Source: Eledone cirrhosa
Taxonomy: Eukaryota
DNA length: 64,000 bases
Assembly (NCBI GenBank): GCA_964016885.1
Contig: OZ024743.1
Span: 123,628,001-123,692,000 of the forward strand
Reading direction: 5' to 3'
Shown: in pieces, positions 54,724-64,000 of the stretch
How the letters are laid out: each line of letters starts with the position of its first letter
How positions within the stretch are numbered: the first letter of the stretch is position 1
Notes under the pieces: model-generated
What the model saw: only the letters and a program-made list of their open reading frames with translations
What the model was told of the DNA's origin: nothing
Database searches by the model: none
Program-made: the position numbers and the translations under genes

Positions 54724-56386
54724 ACGAAGAGAAAATGAAAAATTATCACCACTTTCGCCAAAACTTACTTTAGGTGTGCAGGAAACCTTCTCCGAAAACC
54801 TTCTCCGATTAAATGAGCAAGCTTGTTGGTCGCTGAAAGAAGTGCATCGAAAAGGAAGGAGATTCTGTCGAAAAATGATGTAATTCTTCACCCCCTGCTT
54901 TTGTTTTAATAAATTACAGAAACACGAGTGCGAATATCTTTTTATTCCTCTCGTATTTACGTAAAAATCACACAAATATACAGGGAGAGGGACAAACAAA
55001 TCGATAAACAAAATGGCTCACTTAATGAAGCTGAACTAATTCAGCAATACTATCGCCATCATATGCTCTCACGATAGTATACTACAAGACCAATACTCAA
55101 CCATCCAAACACCGCTGGCACTTCAATGGAGTGCTGCCACGCAAACAACCAAATAATTGCGACTACTTCTACCTATACAACACTTTCCGTGTGACCTCAC
55201 AACCGAAGAAATTATGAAGGCACCGGTATTTCGTTATCACAGTGATATATGACACTCTAACCGCCGTAATGAAACGTCGCTTGTCTGTTTATGATTCCAA
55301 GAATCTCGAGTATTTGTTTATGCTGAAAAAGCGGGCTTCAATCATTACTAACACATCGAAGTATATAGTAAAATAAAGTTTGCGCGATACCGTTGCCAGT
55401 CTTTAAATGTTTTAAAATATTAAAATGGCAACAAGCATAAAAGCTAGATGGTAAGTGACTACAAACACCGCAGGGTTAGACTCAAAGTATGTTTCTCTGG
55501 TGTGTATATCGATACATATATATATACTTTATAGAATGATACCTCTTGAGCAGGTATGGTGACAGTTATTGACATGTTTCTATTTTACTAGACCTCATCA
55601 ACGAAGCATTTTCACTTGTTTTTATCAACGTACATATATATATATGTACATCTTTAAAATGAGTTACAAATATTTTTGGGCAGTAAAATTTGCATAAATC
55701 CAAAAATTGACCTAAAGGAACTAACGAAAGAGGATCATTGCATGCATAAATTTAGATAATTTTAGTAGATGCTGATGCACTGAATGACCTACACAAAATC
55801 CTTTACTGAATTAAAATTTGCCTTTTAGTTGGAAAAAGAAAAGTAAAACATAATGGCATTTGTTCGCAACCCTCAAATAAAAAGGGAGATAATTTCCAGA
55901 AATTAAGAAATCATTTAACAGAATAATGAATATTCATGCTTAGAAGGAAACTCGGATCTTTCTCAGCATGCAATATGACAGCTACGTGCATACACTTAGG
56001 GAACTTTTCATTCACACTAGCTCGTCTATTTCTATCTTTCAATATTAGGTATTTTTTCAGCTTTTTGTTTAAACATTCCTTTAGATTATATCCAGCTTTC
56101 ATTTAGACAACTGTTCATTCTGTATTCATTTAATTTAGTAACTCCTACACGTCCTCCCGCTACACACTACACACGCCACACGCACACACACACACATACA
56201 CACACACATACACGCCGCACACACACACGCCACACATACACACAGGCACGCACTTCAGTTTACATTATCTATTTTACTATATGTCAGCCTCTCCTTCTAT
56301 ATATCTCCCTAAATAACTTCCCATCTATAGGTATACATATGTGTAGCTACACATATGTATGTGTATGGGTGTATATTTGCATAGCC

Positions 56387-56435
<49 letters not shown>

Positions 56436-56502
56436 GCGCACATGCAAACACATACATATACACATATATACATGCATGCACACACACATACACACACAGA
56501 CG

Positions 56503-56595
<93 letters not shown>

Positions 56596-56702
56596 CTACA
56601 GCCGCCTTAAGCCTAGAACACAACCCAACGAGAGATGGACCGAGTAACAACATCGAGTGCTTCGACCAGCGCCGCCACTAGTAACTACAAGTTACATCAC
56701 AT

Positions 56703-56786
<84 letters not shown>

Positions 56787-56789
56787 TCT

Positions 56790-58572
56790 AGACTGAACTG
56801 TTCTTCTAGAGAACGGGTCGCAGGTGGCGGATAGCGACACGGCCAATAGATATGTTGGCTAGTTGCCGGACGAATAAGAAACACCGGACCAACAACAGTA
56901 AACTACTAGAGAGGGTGGAGCAATGGCGATACCTTTAGCGTCCAAAAAACCTCTCACAGCCCAGTGATGTAGATACAACGAGGCGAGTAAAAGTCGTCTG
57001 TAACAAAGTATGAGAACAGTAATAGATTGGTGATTGACGCGAATAAAACCTCAAAAACTCACTGCAATATGACGAGACGCACCAAAGGCAACCATGTTGC
57101 ATCTTCCTTTGCTAGGGTTAACAAGGGACGCGTTCAGGCCTTAAATAGATGGGCCTGTTCGAAAAATATATTGCAGTCTCCATCTCATGCTGTAAAAACT
57201 TGTGATGGGACTCCGACTTGTCCAGGGAGGCATGGGATGGATACACAAAGATTGTGTATCCCGAAATCCAAAAGGAAACTGTAAGAATTGGAACCTGGAA
57301 TATCACAAACCTTACAGGTAAGGAACAGTGATTAGTGCAGTCTAGTGCAGTCTAGTGTAAGGTTTTGCACTTAACAATGAGTCTGAATACAGATCCGTCC
57401 TTGATGAAGCTCATGTAACGTTAGATAGATTTAAGACTGAGTCATATCCCAATGGGAGATTTCAATTCACATATTGACCACCTGACATTTAGATAACTCA
57501 CTGAGCAAACTGAGGATGTTTAAACGGAGTAGAGACTGTTTAAATCAGTAGTTTATTCTTTAGCTGTTAAATGCTGCAGGCGAAAGCGGCTTGGTATGAC
57601 ACCAGGCGACAGAAGGACACCTTTAGTTCTATCAAGAGGTCAAAGATACCATCCCAGCGCAGAAGGAGGGCTACAAAGCTTAGCTTGGAAATAAGTCCTC
57701 TTTCTTGCACTTGCGGTACAACCAGGCGCGAAAAGTCGCAGCAGAGACACTAAAGGCGTCCAAAATTAAGACATGGGAAGACTTTGAAGTTAAGCTGGAA
57801 TCTGACTTCAGATCAACAAATAATTGTTTCTACTATTGGCACAAGGCCAGAAATTACCCAGTACATTACTGGTACTTTATTTTATCGACCCCGTAAGGAT
57901 GAAAGGCAAAGTTAACCTCGGCGGGATTTGAACTCAGAATGGCAAGGGCCGTAACTCTATGCGTCAAAGCATGGCGTCCGACCCTCTACCGATACTGCCA
58001 ATCCACCGCCATCAGATCAACAAATAATGTTTTCAGGCAGACCATCCATCGACTTCGTAATATGGAAGGCAGGAAGCTGAATTAAGTGCATAAATGAGGC
58101 AGTAATGCACCAGCTTCAGTAATCCGTAATCAGAATGGAGGTAGGGGTAAAAGCCAAACTCGCTATCTTCAATTCAATATTCATGCCAACCCTTACCAAT
58201 GGTAATGAACCTTGAGTTATAACCGAATGAATACGATCGCGAATAGAAGCAGGTTCCACCGAAGGTTCTTTGCGGTACTTTTCTGAATTGAGAGATCACA
58301 GCTTAGATATCACAGGCATGTGTTTAGAATGCCTCAGGTAAGAATAACTGGACAGATTATACGGAAAAACCCAAACGGCAGGAGACCCAAGGGTAGACAC
58401 CAAGCAATTGGAGACTGTGGCTTTTGACATGACCCATCGGAAGGAATATTTTTGGACTCTTCCTCCATGATCCTCCCATGAATAAGTAGAAGAAGAAGAA
58501 GAAGAAGAAGAAGAAGAAGAAGAAGAAGAAGAAGAAGAAGAAGAAGAAGAAGAAGAAGAAGAAGAAGAAGAA
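56790..58572 (+). mobile_element. Internally deleted RTE LINE with (GAA)n tail
   Basis: IGTWNIT and MGDFNSHI (APE endonuclease); C-terminal GHVFRMP...PNGRRPKGR; (GAA)n at 58488-58572; 5' boundary uncertain. Confidence 0.8.
57825..58011 (-). mobile_element. Young SINE family A copy inserted in the RTE, 17-bp TSD
   Basis: tcagatcaacaaataat at 57808-57824 and 58012-58028. Confidence 0.95.
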
Positions 58573-58613
58573 CATAAATATGAGTTTGCGTGCGTATGAA
58601 TATATGTAGTTTA

Positions 58614-58718
<105 letters not shown>

Positions 58719-58940
58719 CTAGATGCCATTGTACTTGTATGTGTGATTCTGTGTATTTGTATGTTTCTATCAGTATGTAATAGCGTGTGAATGTAGATGT
58801 GTGTGCGTATAAACATGTATATTTGTTTGAAATCCTCTTGTATATGTCCTTCTCTCTTCTTATATATGCGTATATGGGCATGTATGTATGTATCGTTTTG
58901 TGTTTGCGTGTATGTGAGTGTATATATGATTGCGTATCTG

Positions 58941-58975
<35 letters not shown>

Positions 58976-58977
<2 letters not shown>

Positions 58978-59169
58978 CAAAGGAATTGTAGTAAGAACCA
59001 GATGGACCATAACGCACCAGAGTACTCAATACTTAGGGTAGTAGAGTGAGAAATAGGAAAAAGTATGACCCCGACGGCAGAGCTCAAGCCGTTTCGACGG
59101 CTATTTCTGGTCCAGAAATAGCCGTCGAAACGGCTTGAGCTCTGCCGTCGGGGTCATACTTTTTCCTAT
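58976..59169 (-). mobile_element. Family F mini-element with a perfect 58-bp-arm palindrome
   Basis: 59053-59110 is the reverse complement of 59112-59169, 1-nt centre; contains GAAACGGC...GCCGTC; (TA)n on both sides. Confidence 0.9.
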
Positions 59170-60277
59170 ATATATATATATGTATATAATGTATGAATGT
59201 GTAAGTGTGTGTTTGTGCATGTTTGTGTATGTGTATGTGTAAGTGTGTGTGTGTGTACATATCTGGCTATCTAACTATCTAGCACGACGTCAGTCTAGTT
59301 GTCTCTTTCTTATCTCTAATTCTTGCTCTAACCATTTGAGTGTTGATAAAACTATTTTAGAAAACGTAAACAAATAGATAATCCTTACTGTTTGGTTTTG
59401 TTTGATGGTTCTTACTGAATACGACACCAGCTGGTTAAACTTCTCTTAGTTCACTATCAACAAATGTCGACTTTTTCTTCATCTGCAAACCTCATATGAT
59501 AACAGCTACTTGTGAAGAACTTCAACTGTGACACATTAAACAGTCTGGGAGTTTCCACAGCGTGTTTTCAGTTAATTACTTATGTTTTCCGTTTGTACAC
59601 TGGAGGTGAAAGAAACGGTTCGTTCCTGAATTTGTTCGTATATATTCACCTCATATGACATCAATTTCTATGAAAATCAAGCTACTGAATTCATTCAAAA
59701 TTATTTCATTTAGTAACTACGCCTCTTTAACTTTGCTTTTAATCCTTTCGAGGTCGATAAAATAAGTACCTGGTCAGTAGTGGGGATGATAATTCCTCTT
59801 TCACTCTCTCTCTCTCCTTCTCTGGGAAAAATTGGCTGTGCTCCGATTGGATGAGGGGTGGGCATCGCAAGGTTTCAAGTGCCCGAGGAATGCTGTATGT
59901 TACTACGGTGCTTCTACGAGTGAACGAGGAGCTACGGGTTTAGAAGATAGAAGCACTGAACCCTGATCATCCCAATCCATAATTGTTTTTAAAAATACAT
60001 AAAGGAGATCCTGTCATTTACTTTCCAATATAAATTATCAAAAAAAGTAGTTAGGGATTATGGCTGTAAACTATAAGTGAATGAAATCAACAAGCATATC
60101 TTGTAGAATGCGATGAAAACCAACCACATAAACTTCACATTTGTGGGTGAAAGCATAGCCGCGCGGTTAAGAAATTTACTTTGCAATCACGGTTGTAGCT
60201 TTAATCCTAATGTGTAGCACTTGGATTGAATATATTCCAGGGCAGATTGAAACTGTGAAGAAGACCATATTATTACT

Positions 60278-60625
60278 AAGGTGGATGAATGTGGCGAGAA
60301 TGGCCCGTGTGAATGGGCCGGGCCTACTCTGACCATGCGCCTATAGGCTAGCTAACTTGAGGAGAGGGGTGCTCTCCCTGGGTGCCCTAGAAGCGCAGGG
60401 TGGTTCAGGATTGGTGGGGTACCCGAGTCACCCCAGGGTTGTCCACCCCCTATCGGGGAATTTATTTTGTTATATTTATGCATAGTTTATTTTATATTTT
60501 TTATATCTTCATTGTTAAATTAGTCTTGCCATTGTGCACTTTTACTCGACCTTATTGTAAACTCCCACTGTCCCTGTATTTGTATTGTCCCCTACATGTC
60601 TGCCCTTTTGACTAATAAATGAAAT
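60278..60625 (+). mobile_element. Probable LINE 3' end (ORF terminus, GC-rich 3' UTR, AATAAA)
   Basis: RWMNVARMARVNG peptide, abrupt GC-rich island, polyA signal near 60614; clade not assigned. Confidence 0.45.
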
Positions 60626-61009
60626 AATTTTTTTTTTATTTTTTTTTTTTTAATGATTCTTAGCTTCACCTCATTTCCACTCCTTCTCCCTCATCTCAGC
60701 GGTTCTGAAAAAGTCTTGAGGCATTATTTTCCTTTCTCTGTATAAGCCATAAAAAAATTATATAAACGCTTCATCCCATTCGCGTATAAATTCTTACCAC
60801 ATGTCCTAGTAAGGATTCATGATTTGAAATTTTCAAATGAATAAAATAGCTTCATATATAATTAGATTTTACCTAAACATGCCCAGTTTTGATTGGATAC
60901 ACGTGTTTATTCTAACTGTTTTTTTTTTCTCATCAAGGTGTCAGTGTATGTATGCAAACTAAAAATTACAGACGAATAGCAATTTTTTTCTAGATGAAAT
61001 AGATGTCAA

Positions 61010-61190
61010 TAGGCGTAGGCATAGCTGTGTGGTTAAGGAACTCACTTCGCAACCACATGGCTCTGAATTAAGTCCCATTGTGTGGTACCTTTGGCAAGTA
61101 CCCTCAACTATAGGTTCGAGTTGACTATTGGTTTTGGAGTGAAAATTGGTAGACGAAAACTGTGCAGAGGCCCTTCGTATAGACAGACCG
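61010..61190 (+). mobile_element. tRNA-derived SINE, third family (relatives near 32360-32530 and 60150-60260)
   Basis: gctgtgtggttaag A-box-like head; tail ggtagacgaaaactgtgcagaggcccttcgtata. Confidence 0.65.
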
Positions 61191-61679
61191 ACAGACACAC
61201 AATATATATATATATATAGTAATAATAAATACAAAAACCAAAATACAGAGAGGACTCTATCAGAGTTGTATATATAAATAAATATATATAGACCCGTAGA
61301 GCAAATGTTTATTATTGCCACAGATGAAAAGTTTAACCAAACAATTTCTGATTTCATCCTAAAGTGAGATCTTCTGAAACTGGGAAATATCAATCCATGG
61401 ACACAGATGTAAATATTTCTTAAACAATTACCACCAAATATTGTCTTTAAAAAAATAGAAAGACATAACGGTAACACGTGAAGACGTTCTCTTCAGATAA
61501 AGTGAAATCTATGCAAGGATAATAAAATATCCAACTATGTCATTAAGTAAAGCGGAAAGAATAAATTTTATGAAAACTTAGAATAGCTGAATATTTACCA
61601 GCGACTATATATGGAAAATAATATTAATAGAAGTAATGTGATTAAACATAAAGATACTGAAGGTATTAATAATATCTAA

Positions 61680-62580
61680 TAATTGTTTCTACGTTAGGCA
61701 CAAGACCAGCAATTACACAGTGTATTACTGGTACTTTATTTTATCGACCCCGTAAGGATGAAAGGCAAAGTTAACCTCGGCGGGATTTGAACTCAGAATG
61801 GCAAGGGCCGTAACTCTATGCGTCAAAGCATGGCGTCCGACCCTCTACCGATACTGCCAATCCACCGCCCTAATAATAGTCTAATAATAATAATTGTTTC
61901 TACTTTTGGCACAAGGCCTGCAATTACCCAGTACATTACTGGTACTTTATTTTATCGACCTCGTAAGGATGAAAGGCAAAGTTAACCTCGGCGGGATTTG
62001 AACTCAGACCGTAAAGGGACGTAACTCTATGCTGCAAAGAATGGTGTCCGACTCTCTACCGATACTGCCAATCCACCGTCCTAGGCTAATAATAATAATA
62101 ATAATGGTTTCTTATATAGGCACAAGGCCAGCATTTTGAGGGGGAGGGAGGAAGTATTTTAAATCGACCCTAGTACGTTACTGGTGCTTTATTTTATCGA
62201 CTCCGTAAGGATGAAAAGCAAAGCTAACCTCGGCCTGGTTTGAACTCAGACCGTAACTCTATGCCACTATGCTCTACCGATTCTGCTCTGCCAATCATAA
62301 TAATAATTGTTTCTATTTTAGGCACAAGGCCAGCAATTTGAAGGGGAGGGGAAAGTCGATTGAATAATAATTTATTATTATTATCTTAAGGGCGGTAGAG
62401 TGGCAGTGTCGGCAGAGGGTCGGACGCCATGCTTTTATGTATAGAGTTACGGCCCTTGCCATTCTGAGTTCAAATCCCGCCGAGGTTAACTTTGCCTTTC
62501 ATCCTTACGGGGTCGATAAAATAAAGTACCAGTAATTTACTGGGTAATTACTGGCCTTGTACCAAAGTAGAAACAATTAT
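61680..62580. mobile_element. SINE family A cluster: three head-to-tail minus copies, a tail fragment and one plus copy (62390-62580)
   Basis: Repeated consensus motifs separated by (aat)n spacers. Confidence 0.92.
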
Positions 62581-62741
62581 CTCAAACGTAGAAAATAACT
62601 GTAAACATAGTCGATTGCTATAAATAACAGCTGTAGAAAATCGGGTAAAATACCCCTATAGATTGAAATGGAGGGGGTCAGCAGCTGCTACAGAGAATCG
62701 ATCTGTGTGTCTCTATATAACATTAGTCCGTTACTCTGGAG

Positions 62742-63270
62742 CAGGGGCATGTAACAGGCGGCCCGCGGGCCACAATCCGGCCCACCAGACAGGTCAGAGT
62801 AGCCCGCGATGACCGTTTTTAATTTTTACCTTGTAGGCTTATTTAGAATTTTTTTCGTAACCGTAATACGGTTTTCTGTTAGTTGACCTATACTAAAGGG
62901 GTTCACTGGTGGGGTTATGTGTGGTATAATTTCCCATTTCCATGTTATGGAAAGAAGTTGCAGTGAATCTTTGGAATAGTGCTTAATTAATGGTTTCTTA
63001 TATAGGTACAAGGCCAGCAATTTTTGGGGAGGGGAAAGTCGATTAAAGCGACCCCAGTGCGTGACTAGTACTTTATTTTATCGATCCCTTAAGGATGAAA
63101 GGCAAAGTTAACCTCGGCGGTATTTGAACTCAGATCATAAAGGGCCGTAACTCTATGCTGCAAAGCAGGGCGTACGATCCTCTACCGTTACTGCCAATCA
63201 TATTAATGGCCCTAATAGTTGTTCCAATGTTCAAAAGTGGCCCTCCAATGGAATATGTTGCACACCCCTG
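62742..63270. mobile_element. Non-autonomous hAT (Charlie-like) element with a nested SINE (~62985-63200, minus)
   Basis: Ends caggggcatgtaaca / tgttgcacacccctg; 8-bp TSD ctctggag / ttctggag; subterminal ggcccgcgggcc. Confidence 0.8.
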
Positions 63271-63569
63271 TTCTGGAGTTTCCACCAACCACACATCAGG
63301 AGAACAATATTATGGTATTGTGTACTTTTTTTCCTGTTTGTTGATACGAACATATATCAATTTATTGTTATATTCCTGTGTTGGTTCCAGTCATTAAAGT
63401 GCGACGATGCGGTGGTATCACGACCACATTAAAGGTTTTAGTTGATCATATTAACAACAGTTCTTATTTTCGAGTCTTGTACACATTTTATCGATCTGCT
63501 TTTGTAGAACCAGTAAGTTCCGAGTCATGAACACACACACACACACAGACACACACAGACACACACACA

Positions 63570-63621
<52 letters not shown>

Positions 63622-63641
63622 GACACACAGACACACACACA

Positions 63642-63685
<44 letters not shown>

Positions 63686-63832
63686 TATAATCCGAAACCG
63701 CCTGGTTGAGAAGAGAACGGCAAGCAATGTGTGAATGTGTGTGTGTTTATAGACAAATAGATAGATACACACAGACATAAATGTATATACACACACACTC
63801 TCTTTCTCTTTCACACACACATAGACAGACAG

Positions 63833-63875
<43 letters not shown>

Positions 63876-64000
63876 CGATATATTAACAAATGGAAACTAT
63901 ATTTATAAAACCATATTTATTTCATTATACATATTTCAAGGACACCAAGTTAAATTATGGTGTGTTTTCATCAGACAAAATATAATATAGATCAGTTTTA

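Overview
AT-rich, microsatellite-dense animal DNA with no recognisable host gene. The SINE families and simple-repeat make-up resemble octopus or another coleoid cephalopod (inference from memory, not a search). The window is mostly decayed transposable elements: three 5'-truncated Penelope-like retroelements (PLEs; RT with GGLYRDD, CxCx5C linker and C-terminal GIY-YIG, Hydra-clade-like), an older PLE fragment, a deleted Helitron, two mariner derivatives, a hAT MITE, RTE and other LINE remnants, and more than 25 tRNA-derived SINEs, some in head-to-tail arrays. The signal the ORF track misses is RNA structure. More than a dozen type I hammerhead ribozyme (HHR) motifs from several unrelated families can be read by eye, mostly in (TA)n-flanked inserts and often beside fold-back inversions. 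The best candidate for an undescribed system is a non-coding, highly structured ~470-nt unit with a consensus-perfect HHR. It occurs as a tandem array plus a circularly permuted inverted copy (45476-46689) and as a diverged copy with compensatory changes (49905-50325), i.e. a retrozyme-like element. All alignments and folds were done by eye; element boundaries are approximate.
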